This document shows positions 54,669 through 64,000 of a DNA stretch of 64,000 bases, one piece after another. Positions within the stretch are counted from its first letter, which is position 1, and each line of letters begins with the position of its first letter. The stretch is from a virus. Taxonomy: Duplodnaviria; Heunggongvirae; Uroviricota; Caudoviricetes. The notes beneath the pieces were generated by a model that ran no database searches, had not been told where the DNA came from, and saw only the letters and a list, made by a program, of their open reading frames with translations. Location of the stretch: the IMG/VR virus record IMGVR_UViG_3300027710_001241, positions 16,620 to 80,619 of that record; one strand, given 5' to 3'. A program made the position numbers and the translations under genes.

Positions 54669-55175
54669 TTAGCTGTTCAAAACTTTAGCAACACTATTCA
54701 TAACACTGGCAATTCGACCAATGTCACGAAGTTGTTCTACAGTATAGCCTTCTGTTTTTAAAGTATCATAATGTGCTTTTACACAGAAGTGACATTTACC
54801 AACAATGCTAGCGGCTAGACTGAACGCTTCAAAGTTTGCTTTAGTAGTTCCGCCATGATTTGCAATAGCGTTCATACGTAACTGTGCCGGCAATCCTTTT
54901 AGTGCTGGATCATCTGCCATTTCAACATATGGATACCATACATTGTTCTGTGCCATAATGCTGGCAGCAGTCATTGCGGCATCTGCGTGAACAGGTGCAT
55001 CTGCTAGCATAACACTCAATACCTTACCATTACCAGTTGCAGCCAACGCCGCAACAGCACAACCCATAGCAACATCTGCGTCTAATGTACTGCGAAGTAA
55101 CACAGCGTCCAGATTTAATTTTGTATCTTTGGCGTAGTCTGGTAACACGCCTTTTACTGATTCAATAAAACTCAT
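54669..55175 (-). CDS. AhpD-like carboxymuconolactone decarboxylase family protein
   Basis: CHFCVKAH CxxC/His motif. Confidence 0.65.
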   Translation of the reverse strand: MSFIESVKGVLPDYAKDTKLNLDAVLLRSTLDADVAMGCAVAALAATGNGKVLSVMLADAPVHADAAMTAASIMAQNNVWYPYVEMADDPALKGLPAQLRMNAIANHGGTTKANFEAFSLAASIVGKCHFCVKAHYDTLKTEGYTVEQLRDIGRIASVMNSVAKVLNS

Positions 55176-55804
55176 TTTCTTTCCTCTATATTATAAAACC
55201 AATCATCCCCTGCGGTCCACTTGCGTGTACCATCTACAGTGAATATAGTCTGTGCGGCTTTGAAGTCTGGGAATTTAACATTACCAGAAATCAAACTCTG
55301 ATCGTACCATAAGCATCGATTATTAGGTTGACAAGCAAACTGTCCGTTTTCCAATCGAATAAAGTTAAACGATTTGTGTTCTTCAGCAACCTCAGTAAAT
55401 CCTGTATCTACATCCATACCATCGGCACAGAAATCTACAGTAAACAAGTATGTTCCATGATGCCATTCCTTGTCTTTGCCCAGGAACTTGACACCTAGAT
55501 TACGTAGACCTATTTTTTCAATAATGGTAAAACGATATCCCATACAATCCCAAAGCTGTAAAATATCTATGGGTAGATTTCCTGTATGATTTTCTTGCCA
55601 AACATAAGCATGAATAGGTAGCTTATCGTAGAGGGCACCGTAGTTAGGCAACAAGGACTCGATACGAAACACCTGTCCTCTTAGTGCTTTAAGACTGACC
55701 CATATTGCAGGTTCAAGTTCTCCATGACCTTTTTCAAAGTTGTAAAGGAACTCTCGTTTCACCCAACATTTAATTGGAGGTAGCGACCCTACAATGTAAC
55801 TCAT
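55172..55804 (-). CDS. hypothetical protein
   Basis: ORF 210 aa. Confidence 0.4.
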   Translation of the reverse strand: MSYIVGSLPPIKCWVKREFLYNFEKGHGELEPAIWVSLKALRGQVFRIESLLPNYGALYDKLPIHAYVWQENHTGNLPIDILQLWDCMGYRFTIIEKIGLRNLGVKFLGKDKEWHHGTYLFTVDFCADGMDVDTGFTEVAEEHKSFNFIRLENGQFACQPNNRCLWYDQSLISGNVKFPDFKAAQTIFTVDGTRKWTAGDDWFYNIEERK

Positions 55805-55805
55805 C

Positions 55806-56426
55806 TTAATATTTCCCTGATGCTAATACGATTTGACAAATATGTTCTAATCGTTCAATGTGTTCAAAAGCACGCCACGGACTTGTGTCAATGGCAACTA
55901 CACCGTGACCTTTAATGCCTACAATGTCATAAGCAATATTACCATAATCATCTAACTGTAAATTTTCGTGACAACGGTCAGCAAGTTCTTGACTGATAGG
56001 TGCTACATCTCCTACGTTAGGCGCCACACTTGTATAACGACTGAGTTCTGGAAAGCTATCAGCAAGGCTGCTTAACTCAATACCACGATGCATAGCCGCT
56101 ACACAATATGTAGGATGAAAGTGAACTACAACTCTAACATCATTACTGTGCTGACCCATTGCTCTTTGTAATCCAAAGTGCAAGGGAATCTCCCCACTGG
56201 GCTTTAGTTTAGCACTGATGTCTGAATAGTGTTGTTCTTGCCATAACAAACCGTGAATGCCAATCTTCTTAAACTGGTCAGGTTGCATTGTTTGCTTACG
56301 GACGCCACTTGGTGTGATATAAAAGTGATCACGGTCGTGATGACGAATGCTAACATTGCCATCACGACTGGTAATCCAGTTGCGTCTATATGCTTCGACC
56401 AATGTATCGCAGATAGTTTCAAGCAT
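55806..56426 (-). CDS. class II aldolase/adducin-family protein
   Basis: HFHPTYCVAAMH metal-binding region. Confidence 0.55.
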   Translation of the reverse strand: MLETICDTLVEAYRRNWITSRDGNVSIRHHDRDHFYITPSGVRKQTMQPDQFKKIGIHGLLWQEQHYSDISAKLKPSGEIPLHFGLQRAMGQHSNDVRVVVHFHPTYCVAAMHRGIELSSLADSFPELSRYTSVAPNVGDVAPISQELADRCHENLQLDDYGNIAYDIVGIKGHGVVAIDTSPWRAFEHIERLEHICQIVLASGKY

Positions 56427-56997
56427 ATTTTAAAAACGCCTCTTTAACAAATGGTTCGTTTACCATCATCTGAATAGCAACAATAACTAACACACCTGCG
56501 CCAATCCAAATAGTCTTGGGCCAACGCAACATGATCTTAGATACTAGTGTACTACCAAACAAGATGATTGGCACACTAACTAGTAATCCGAAGATAATTA
56601 GCAACCAGTTACCGCCCGCGGCTCCGGCAATAGCAAGAGCATTGTCTAATCCCATTACAGCATCTGCCCAGACAATGGTACCCATAGCACCCCAGAATGT
56701 AGCAGAAGATTTTACATCTCCATGGCCGTCACCGTCGTCTGTGACTAGTTTATAGGCAATGTATAACAATGCAATGCCGCCTACAAGTCTAAGTCCGGGA
56801 ATCATTAGCAAGTAAGTCAATGCCGCTACACTTAGGAAACGAACTGCCACAGCACCAAATGTTCCCCAGAGCATGGCCTTGCGGCGCAACTCTGGTGGTA
56901 GCTTGTTAGCCGCCATAGCAATGACTAGGGCGTTTTCGCCGCCAAGCACCACATCAATTAAAATGATAGCTCCAAGAGCCCAGAGTAGTTCTAACAT
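56419..56997 (-). CDS. TerC-family integral membrane protein
   Basis: GGENALVIAMAA and GLDNALAIAGAA duplicated motifs. Confidence 0.7.
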   Translation of the reverse strand: MLELLWALGAIILIDVVLGGENALVIAMAANKLPPELRRKAMLWGTFGAVAVRFLSVAALTYLLMIPGLRLVGGIALLYIAYKLVTDDGDGHGDVKSSATFWGAMGTIVWADAVMGLDNALAIAGAAGGNWLLIIFGLLVSVPIILFGSTLVSKIMLRWPKTIWIGAGVLVIVAIQMMVNEPFVKEAFLKYA

Positions 56998-57536
56998 TAT
57001 AGAGTCTCGCCGCCGACTGTACGGTTACAAGCACATAGTTCGCCAGTTTGTAATGCGTCTAATACACGCAATGTTTCTTCTGGGCTACGGCCTACATTTA
57101 GATTGTTCACAGTAACGTGTTGGATTTCGTTGTTTGGATCAACAATGAATGTTGCACGAAGTGCGGCACCTGCTGGTGCATAGAATACCCCAAGTTGTTC
57201 AATTAGGCTCAACTCACCACGCTGTGTATCAGCGAACTGATGGTGTGTGATTTTCTTCAAATCAGCGTGAGCATTTTGCCATGCTACTTTGCAGAACTCA
57301 TTGTCTGTTGAACCTGTTAGCAATACTGCATCACGATCGGCAAAGTCTTGAGCCAACTTATCATATGCTACGATTTCTGTAGGGCATACGAATGTAAAGT
57401 CCTTTGGATAGTAAACAATTACTTTCCACTTTCCCTCGAAGCTCTCGTCTGTGATCGTATAGAAAGCATCTTCTGGTTGTCCTGGCTTAACGCCTGTGAC
57501 TGCGAATGGTGCTAATTTTTGTCCCACTGTTTTCAT
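56997..57536 (-). CDS. ahpC: 2-Cys peroxiredoxin (AhpC/Prx1 family)
   Basis: FTFVCPTEI peroxidatic Cys motif; resolving Cys near C-terminus. Confidence 0.85.
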   Translation of the reverse strand: MKTVGQKLAPFAVTGVKPGQPEDAFYTITDESFEGKWKVIVYYPKDFTFVCPTEIVAYDKLAQDFADRDAVLLTGSTDNEFCKVAWQNAHADLKKITHHQFADTQRGELSLIEQLGVFYAPAGAALRATFIVDPNNEIQHVTVNNLNVGRSPEETLRVLDALQTGELCACNRTVGGETL

Positions 57537-57617
57537 AATATCTCCTTTGTGTGTGAAATGAAAATTTTACAGAACTATTCTGTATATGTTTATTGTACAA
57601 TTATTTAATATAGAAAT

Positions 57618-57645
57618 CAATGGAAAACCATGAGTTTTCCATTGT
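57618..57645. promoter_or_regulatory. perfect 11-bp palindrome (operator or bidirectional hairpin) upstream of peroxiredoxin gene
   Basis: CAATGGAAAAC catgag GTTTTCCATTG. Confidence 0.35.
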
Positions 57646-57689
57646 ATTTTCCTATGACGTTAATAGGGTAACCATGAACATTATTATAG

Positions 57690-58256
57690 TTAGATTAGTA
57701 CTTCACCAAACAACTTTTTTTGTTGGGCTTCTTTTTTCTTTTTGATTTCTTCTTGTTTGGCTAGTTTTTCTTGTTTGGCTTTTAATCTTTGTTGTTTTGC
57801 TCTAGCTTTTTCTTCGGTGTTTCTTCGAGCCTTACCCATTGGAGCAAAGTTGTAACCAAATTTAAGACCGTCACGGCATTGTATATTTTTTTCTACAACA
57901 TGCCGTAAATGTTCTTGCCCACATAATATCCTTTCACGACATAAGTCTACGTTATCGATCATTAAGTCAACGCCGTATGTAGTAGATAAGGCTTGTTCAA
58001 AGGTTGAACCATTCTCCATCTTACGAATGATAACCTCACCTAGGAATTGCCCATCACCACAACTTGGATCTAGAAAAGTTTTAGTTGGGTCCGTAAACTG
58101 CCCCAATGGTAACTTCTCTAAAATTTCCTGCACTAATGGAGTTGGGGTAAAGACCTCACCCGTCACCTTTACTCTTAATTGGTCCCGCTCTACTCCACCC
58201 ATATAGGTGCGATTACGAATGTGGTCAACTACTTCACTTAACGTTGGCTTCAACAT
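57690..58256 (-). CDS. N6-adenine DNA methyltransferase-like protein (motifs X and I only)
   Basis: VFTPTPLV and LDPSCGDGQFL; no NPPY; start uncertain. Confidence 0.4.
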   Translation of the reverse strand: MLKPTLSEVVDHIRNRTYMGGVERDQLRVKVTGEVFTPTPLVQEILEKLPLGQFTDPTKTFLDPSCGDGQFLGEVIIRKMENGSTFEQALSTTYGVDLMIDNVDLCRERILCGQEHLRHVVEKNIQCRDGLKFGYNFAPMGKARRNTEEKARAKQQRLKAKQEKLAKQEEIKKKKEAQQKKLFGEVLI

Positions 58257-61200
58257 AATCAATTTCTTCTTGGGTAAGACCAAAATGTTGGTAAAGTTCT
58301 TGGTCTGTCCAAATTTTACTAGCAAGTTTAGGCAATGATGATAGAACTTTTCCATTAAGGAATCCGCTCCACTTACCAGTATTAACAATAAATTTATAAA
58401 GTTTACTATCGAGATAACTTAAAATATTTTGTGCCTCTGCAGAGTCTGCTAGTATGTATTGACACACTTCTGAGGTGCCAAGATTACCTGCACTAAAAAA
58501 AGGTTTAAAATATCCACTAGTAGTCCAAACAATTTTAGACTTTAAAAAATCCTTTGATTGTTTTTTGCAAAACTTTGTCTGTGCATTTGTGTGGAATGTT
58601 ACATATTTGTAAGTTGTATCTTGAGTGTCAGAGAAATTATTGTGCTTGTGGTCACTGTGGCAAGATGTATCGCAAAGTATATCCAACTTAGGATGAGTTG
58701 AATTAATAACTTTGTCGTGCATAGGAAATGTCTTTGCAAAATTTCTTGGCAAATACTGAAGTTTAGTAATGTCTACTGTAAGACCGTCAATCACAGCAGT
58801 TTGCGTGTTTTTATTTTTTTGTACACACCAGGCTGTAAAACTGCTACCAACGGTAAAATATTTTCCTACTTCGGTGTCGACCCAAATAAGAGAATTATCT
58901 TTAAACATCTTCAGAAGTTGACTGTTCGGACTCATCCAACTGTCAGGAGTTACAAACGCAATAAACCCATTTGGATTTAACAACTCAATACCCTTTTCTG
59001 CAAATTTGCTCCACAGGTTATGGCTTTTTGGTTGTTTTGTTCCTTTATCGTTATTACCTTGATAAGGGGGGTTACCTACTATCACATCAAATTTCATATC
59101 AAATTCCATTTCTGTAAAGTCCCCTTGCATCACTACAATGCCAGGGTATTTCCGTTTAATCTGATTACAGAGAAAACTATACTTGTCATTATACACAATC
59201 TTGTCTATAATATCAATTCCAAACATATCTACTAGTACATCTACTTCTGACCCGTGGCCGCCAGCTACTACAAGAATATGTTTACAATGCTTACTCTTAA
59301 TAAATCTTTTTAGTTCTCGATTGCCAAAAATTTCAAACCAAAGTTTTGCGTCATCCTTAAGAATAGCCAGTGCGTTATTTTCAATATGTTTCTGTGTTGT
59401 GTTATATTTACTCATACGCACAATCATGTCTAACGTAGAAATTTCTAACCGATGTGCAAGACGTTTAATTGTATCTGGACCAACACCGTATAATTCTACG
59501 AATTCCTTGTACATTTCTGTATTGTTTTCAATGAGATCTACACATTCTAAAAAACTTTCACCTTGATAATTACTCAATGCTAGAACCGTCGTAGCACTTC
59601 CGTTAATCATACGTACAGCTTTTTCAACCACTGCCTTAAGAGGATCTTTTTTTACTTTGCCTGTAGCAGATTTTCCAGAATCAAATGTTTTACCGGTAGC
59701 AACAATTTTGTCAATTTTAGACTTTTCTGCTTTACTACCAGAAGAGCGTTTAGCCAATTCACCAAAAGCTTCGATTTCTTCAGAAGTAAGATCTTCAATA
59801 GTAATACGAGTATGAGCATTGGCAATTTCTAATAGCTTGTTGTTATCCTCGAACTCTTTAATAATTGTGTCGGCATCCATCCATTGACCAGAAATCATGT
59901 CCTTAATGTTAACACTGTTCATTACCTCACGAACAGCTTCAGGATAAGTCTTGCCCTTCTGGCGGATTAACAATGCCGCTTCTACTGCCACACTCATTAC
60001 AGAATTGCGAGTCTTACTTTGGTCAAAGGCAAAGTCAAAGATGTGACCGAATTTCTTACCGTATCCAGGAGTAAGGCAACGGCTATACTTTTGCATGTAA
60101 GGATAAACATCGCCTCCTTCTTGCATAAACAGGCATGCCTGGATCTCAGGAATACTATAACTGCGAGTACCCATCATATTAGTGATCACTAACAGTTTAT
60201 CACGACCTGGATAGTAACCGTTTTGCAATCGGACCAATTCTTCTTTGGTAAGGCCTTCTGCTTCTTTATTATCAGTATAATCTCCGTTGAGAATTAGCAC
60301 TTTGTGTTCTTCGCAATATTTCTCAATAATTTCTGCCAATGATTCCATTGACTTCTTAGAGATATTAACAAACAACATAAGATGATTGATAATCTCACCT
60401 GCGGCTTGGCTCAAGTTCATTCCGTAGATAGGTTGATATCCTAACAAGTCTTGGAATACTGCGGCAATAAACTTTTCCTGCGAACGAGCCTTTTCAAGGA
60501 TCTTATTAATGTTAGGCAATACATCATTGTCAAAGTCTTCCAATAGTTTGTTCATTTTAGGATTAAACAACATATTGTAGAATCGACGCACTACTACATT
60601 AGGAATACTAGGGTCCTGTTCTACCATGCAGTATGGAACACTAATAATCTCGTCAATGGCGTTCTTGCCGAATGCTTTAGCCAGGCGACCAATATTAGTG
60701 CCGCTGGCATTGATACGAGTAATTGTTTTACCGTTAAGGATATATTCAACTTTGTCAACTTGACTATCAGTATGGGTACCAAAGTCGGTTTCTTCTAGCA
60801 AGGCAATGTGTGTGCCTGCTAGTTGATTAATCCACTCATACTTTTCTTCTGCTTCTGGATTAAGGCTAATAAACACAACGGGCATTTTGCCGTCTGACAG
60901 GGCCTTTTTGTATTGCTCTTCTGAGTCAGCATCTGCGGCATCAATAAACTGCATACTTGCAAAATCAATGTACTTGCCAATCTCATCCTTATAGGAAGTC
61001 TTAACACTTAGGCCAACACCATAGGCCATAATAAACATAGACTCATGGCCAAATTCTTCTCGCATGGTTTTTGCAAGAGATAGGAACAAGATAGTCTTGC
61101 CAATACGAGCCGCTAGTTCGCAGACAAAGTTTGTTACAATGCCATTCTGGCGAAGGGCTGACAGAACTTTCTTGATTACAAGAATCTGAACATCACGCAG

Positions 61201-61656
61201 ATTAACAGCCTGCTTCTCATGATTAGGATTGAGCTTTGCCGCACACTTGCGAATTTTCTCATTGAGCCAAAGTCTAATAGGTTCAAAATCTTTAGTCTTA
61301 ATAAACTGTTCAATAAGCATTTTTTCGACTGCAATTTTAAACAGTTCCGAATACCTATTAGAGTCAGGCCGAGGCAATTGTGCGGCAACAGATTGCCTTA
61401 CAATTTTATGCAGAGCATGATCTCGATAACCCGGCTCGGGGATAGTATCTAGCAAATACTTTTGCCAAGAAACGTTTTTAGAACTAGATAGACTTAACTG
61501 GCGATCGGCGATTGTTCCTTCGGGAGCATCACCTAGACCAAATTGGAGGAACCCAGTTGATGCCATTGCGTCAATCCAAGTTTCTTCGGTCATGATGTAG
61601 ATACCGGTAGTATCTGTTTTAAGGCCAAGTTCTTCAGGGGACTTTACATAAGTCAT
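58234..61656 (-). CDS. giant helicase/ATPase – N6-adenine DNA methyltransferase fusion protein (DarB-like?)
   Basis: 1140 aa; Walker A AARIGKT; C-terminal VVAGGHGSE motif I and VIVGNPPYQG motif IV. Confidence 0.5.
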   Translation of the reverse strand: MTYVKSPEELGLKTDTTGIYIMTEETWIDAMASTGFLQFGLGDAPEGTIADRQLSLSSSKNVSWQKYLLDTIPEPGYRDHALHKIVRQSVAAQLPRPDSNRYSELFKIAVEKMLIEQFIKTKDFEPIRLWLNEKIRKCAAKLNPNHEKQAVNLRDVQILVIKKVLSALRQNGIVTNFVCELAARIGKTILFLSLAKTMREEFGHESMFIMAYGVGLSVKTSYKDEIGKYIDFASMQFIDAADADSEEQYKKALSDGKMPVVFISLNPEAEEKYEWINQLAGTHIALLEETDFGTHTDSQVDKVEYILNGKTITRINASGTNIGRLAKAFGKNAIDEIISVPYCMVEQDPSIPNVVVRRFYNMLFNPKMNKLLEDFDNDVLPNINKILEKARSQEKFIAAVFQDLLGYQPIYGMNLSQAAGEIINHLMLFVNISKKSMESLAEIIEKYCEEHKVLILNGDYTDNKEAEGLTKEELVRLQNGYYPGRDKLLVITNMMGTRSYSIPEIQACLFMQEGGDVYPYMQKYSRCLTPGYGKKFGHIFDFAFDQSKTRNSVMSVAVEAALLIRQKGKTYPEAVREVMNSVNIKDMISGQWMDADTIIKEFEDNNKLLEIANAHTRITIEDLTSEEIEAFGELAKRSSGSKAEKSKIDKIVATGKTFDSGKSATGKVKKDPLKAVVEKAVRMINGSATTVLALSNYQGESFLECVDLIENNTEMYKEFVELYGVGPDTIKRLAHRLEISTLDMIVRMSKYNTTQKHIENNALAILKDDAKLWFEIFGNRELKRFIKSKHCKHILVVAGGHGSEVDVLVDMFGIDIIDKIVYNDKYSFLCNQIKRKYPGIVVMQGDFTEMEFDMKFDVIVGNPPYQGNNDKGTKQPKSHNLWSKFAEKGIELLNPNGFIAFVTPDSWMSPNSQLLKMFKDNSLIWVDTEVGKYFTVGSSFTAWCVQKNKNTQTAVIDGLTVDITKLQYLPRNFAKTFPMHDKVINSTHPKLDILCDTSCHSDHKHNNFSDTQDTTYKYVTFHTNAQTKFCKKQSKDFLKSKIVWTTSGYFKPFFSAGNLGTSEVCQYILADSAEAQNILSYLDSKLYKFIVNTGKWSGFLNGKVLSSLPKLASKIWTDQELYQHFGLTQEEIDYVEANVK

Positions 61657-61823
61657 TCTTCATCTCCAAAATCTGCGGAATCTTCTTGATCTTGCTTAAA
61701 CGCTTCTGCTTCGAAGAGTGTATCAAACGGATCACTTTGATAAGCGCAGGATCCAAAAGGACCGTTGAAGTACACATAGTACTTGTTCTCTTCTTCATCG
61801 AAACGGATCTTAAGTTCGTCCAT
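61653..61823 (-). CDS. small acidic protein (56 aa), first gene of the MTase operon
   Basis: unlisted ORF MDELKIRFDEEENKYY...; AAAGGAAC SD; ATGA overlap with giant gene. Confidence 0.4.
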   Translation of the reverse strand: MDELKIRFDEEENKYYVYFNGPFGSCAYQSDPFDTLFEAEAFKQDQEDSADFGDEE

Positions 61824-61848
61824 TTTGGTTCCTTTCTAATATGTATTA

Positions 61849-61877
61849 ATTATACAGGAAAAACCTAATATTGTCAA
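61849..61877 (-). promoter_or_regulatory. sigma70 consensus promoter of the MTase operon
   Basis: rc reads CTTGACA ATATTAGGTTTTTCCTG TATAAT. Confidence 0.6.
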
Positions 61878-61894
61878 GTGTAGGTTTTACCAAA

Positions 61895-62425
61895 TTATCT
61901 AGGACGGATTTTCATTTTAGCGTAGATGTTTTGGACACCTACGGCTTGCCGAATGGCATCCTGCAGAGCATCGTGTTTACTACCCTGCGGCATGTCTGGA
62001 TCGTAGCCCAAATCAAACAATGTACGGGTGTCGCGTAACTGCCAATAATTCCACGGCAAAGGTTTGCCAAGTTGGCGATAGATATTTTCAATGATAACCA
62101 AGTCAAAGGTAGCACCGTGACTCCAAAATGCCGAGCAACCCCAAGCGAATTTGTGGAACTGGTCCATGGCATCCGCAAGTGGAATACGACCTTCTTCACT
62201 GAATGCTTCTTCCATAATAGCAGGGTCTTGACGCCCCCACCACTCAAGTGTGGCGGGGTCAATTTCACGGCCTAACTTATCTTGGTCGTCGAGATCAATT
62301 TTAAAATAAATTTTCTCACCATAGCCCTGCGCATAGGGATTAAAGTGGACTGCGCCTAGACTGAGGACTACAGCGTTTGGGGAGACTGCCATAGTCTCCA
62401 TATCGATCATAAGATGTTTTGTCAT
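61895..62425 (-). CDS. DEDDh 3'-5' exonuclease (DnaQ/KapD-like)
   Basis: IDMETMA (exo I) and HDALQDA (exo III). Confidence 0.65.
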   Translation of the reverse strand: MTKHLMIDMETMAVSPNAVVLSLGAVHFNPYAQGYGEKIYFKIDLDDQDKLGREIDPATLEWWGRQDPAIMEEAFSEEGRIPLADAMDQFHKFAWGCSAFWSHGATFDLVIIENIYRQLGKPLPWNYWQLRDTRTLFDLGYDPDMPQGSKHDALQDAIRQAVGVQNIYAKMKIRPR

Positions 62426-62456
62426 ACATCAAGTATAACACATCTTATGGTATTTG

Positions 62457-62693
62457 TCAATACATTTTTTTAGGTAGGCTTTGGTCTCTGAGTTTCTTTT
62501 GCCAACGACTTTTGGCTGCTCCTGCTCTACGCTTTCGGACAGTAGTTGGCTTTTCGTAGAACATTTTGGCTCTCAGTGTTTCCAAAATTCCAGAATCATC
62601 TACTTTTTGTTTAAATTTTCTCAGTGCTACGTTCAACGGCAGGTCGCCTACGATAACCTTATTACCCATTAGTGCTTTGTTGTTTTTGCTCAT
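62457..62693 (-). CDS. rpsU: ribosomal protein S21
   Basis: VALRKFKQ ... [12 protein letters not shown] matches bS21; listed ORF uses TTG, ATG at 62693 preferred (start could be further in). Confidence 0.7.
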   Translation of the reverse strand: MSKNNKALMGNKVIVGDLPLNVALRKFKQKVDDSGILETLRAKMFYEKPTTVRKRRAGAAKSRWQKKLRDQSLPKKMY

Positions 62694-63909
62694 TTTTCTT
62701 TTTATCAAAAATCATAATGGCTGGTTTGCCATCAACGGTATCTTTACTTATGCGAATTGACTTCAAACCGCGTTCGACGAGATCTACAGCATCAAACTGA
62801 TAGGGCATTAAGATCTTTTCGATAATGTTTTTAAGTCCGCGAGCATTGGTTTTGAGATCTTTGGCTCGTTTTGCAATTTCATGTAAGGCATCTTGATCAA
62901 AACTTAGATTAATGCCATCTAACTCAAACATATATTGATACTGCTTGATCGTGCTGTTTTTAGTATCTACGAGAATTTTTACAAGTTGATCTTCACTGAG
63001 TTCATCTACGTTAGTAATCAATCCAAAGCGACCCACGAATTCAGGAATAAGTCCAAACTTGATAAGATCCTTGGTTGTCACTTCTTGTAGCAAAGCTGGA
63101 TTATCTTCTACGTTGTCTACATTAGCATGGAAGCCTACACTTCTAGCACCTGTACGTTGTTTGATAAGTTTGTCAATGCCTACAAAGGCGCCGCCGCAGA
63201 TAAACAAGATACTACGAGTATCAATCTCCTGCATATCACTGCCCGGGTGTTTGCGTTTACTAGTAGACGGCACTCTCATAATGCTGCCTTCGATCATCTT
63301 TAGCAGGGCTTGTTGCACACCTTCTCCGCTGACATCTCGGGTGATACTAGCACTTTCGCCCTTACGGCTGATCTTGTCGATTTCATCAATGTAGACAATA
63401 CCTCGAGCTGCTTTTTCCATATCTCCGTCTGCTTCATTGATCAAACGAGTAAGAATACTTTCTACATCATCACCGACGTAGCCTGCCTCTGTAATACCAG
63501 TAGCATCACATATAGCAAAGGGTAGATCTAGGTATTCGGCAATCTTACGTGCCATCATTGTTTTGCCACAGCCAGTAGGACCTAACAATAATACATTGGT
63601 TTTTTCTAGCTCAATGTCTTTACTGGGATTATTAATGCGTTTAAAATGCTGGCTAACTGCCACACTTAGTGCAATCTTAGCATCATCTTGACCTATAACA
63701 TAATCGTCTAGGTACTCTTTTATTTTAACGGGGTTTAGTAGTTTAAGTGTATTAGGAAAAGTTTTTACTTTTTCATCTTTGAGTATATCAATACAAAGCT
63801 CTACACAATCATTACAAATGGCAGCGTGATCGCCGACAATTAACTTTTCCACATCCTCTTTGCTTTTGTTGCAAAAATCACACTTGTGGTCTGTTTCCGA
63901 TTTTGTCAT
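62662..63909 (-). CDS. clpX: ATP-dependent Clp protease ATP-binding subunit ClpX
   Basis: N-terminal C4 zinc finger (CDFCNKSK ... CNDCVE), Walker A GPTGCGKT, full AAA+ domain. Confidence 0.95.
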   Translation of the reverse strand: MTKSETDHKCDFCNKSKEDVEKLIVGDHAAICNDCVELCIDILKDEKVKTFPNTLKLLNPVKIKEYLDDYVIGQDDAKIALSVAVSQHFKRINNPSKDIELEKTNVLLLGPTGCGKTMMARKIAEYLDLPFAICDATGITEAGYVGDDVESILTRLINEADGDMEKAARGIVYIDEIDKISRKGESASITRDVSGEGVQQALLKMIEGSIMRVPSTSKRKHPGSDMQEIDTRSILFICGGAFVGIDKLIKQRTGARSVGFHANVDNVEDNPALLQEVTTKDLIKFGLIPEFVGRFGLITNVDELSEDQLVKILVDTKNSTIKQYQYMFELDGINLSFDQDALHEIAKRAKDLKTNARGLKNIIEKILMPYQFDAVDLVERGLKSIRISKDTVDGKPAIMIFDKKKNEQKQQSTNG

Positions 63910-64000
63910 TAAATGCTCTTTCTAAAAATGCTTCTACTTTAGTTATCCTATTCTGATTAATGAAGTGACAAACTGCGGATGTGTTTTCATTATCAGTTTT

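Noticed and set aside
1-64000. CRISPR arrays, IS elements/transposases, integrases, rRNA genes
   Set aside because: No direct repeats with unique spacers, no transposase/integrase-like ORFs and no rRNA-like segments were seen; the only repeats are the tRNA paralogs and the spacer elements reported above.
63910-64000. Possible clpP upstream of clpX
   Set aside because: The frame ending at the TAATG overlap has a stop 9 codons upstream; no ClpP-like ORF is present in the remaining 90 bp.

Overview
AT-rich (~35% GC) window with very high coding density, genes almost all on the minus strand. Reading the sequence directly, I find consensus sigma70 promoters of the form GGTTGACA-N17-TATAAT on the minus strand, at least eight times; AAGGAG-type Shine-Dalgarno sites; and a minus-strand tRNA array between 13.2 and 17.5 kb plus outliers, about 37 tRNA or tRNA-like genes in total. 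Together with many tiny paralogous ORFs this looks like a very large (jumbo) phage or phage-like element carrying host-like functions, not an ordinary chromosomal stretch; I cannot rule out a bacterial island. Recognisable content: dCMP deaminase, a P-loop kinase with a metallophosphoesterase, a tyrosine phosphatase, RpoZ, 2OG-Fe(II) oxygenases, and a 10-kb sugar island (dTDP-sugar genes, DegT, FkbM, a two-subunit transketolase, GT17- and GT34-like transferases). Also present are two desaturases, a CHASE2 adenylate cyclase, a curli-like locus, heme oxygenase with a bilin reductase, ClpS, Hsp20, DnaK, a Ro60/TROVE protein, SPFH, AhpD/AhpC, TerC, a giant helicase-methyltransferase, a DEDDh exonuclease, ribosomal protein S21 and ClpX. 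The locus I rate most interesting and apparently undescribed is the curli-like one (CsgF, CsgG, three secreted curlin-repeat / FecR / discoidin proteins) inside this phage-like genome. A close second is a set of structured non-coding elements in the tRNA array, plus a 500-nt promoter-driven leader upstream of Ro60 that may encode Y-RNA-like RNAs. tRNA folds were done by eye and anticodon calls for the atypical ones are tentative.
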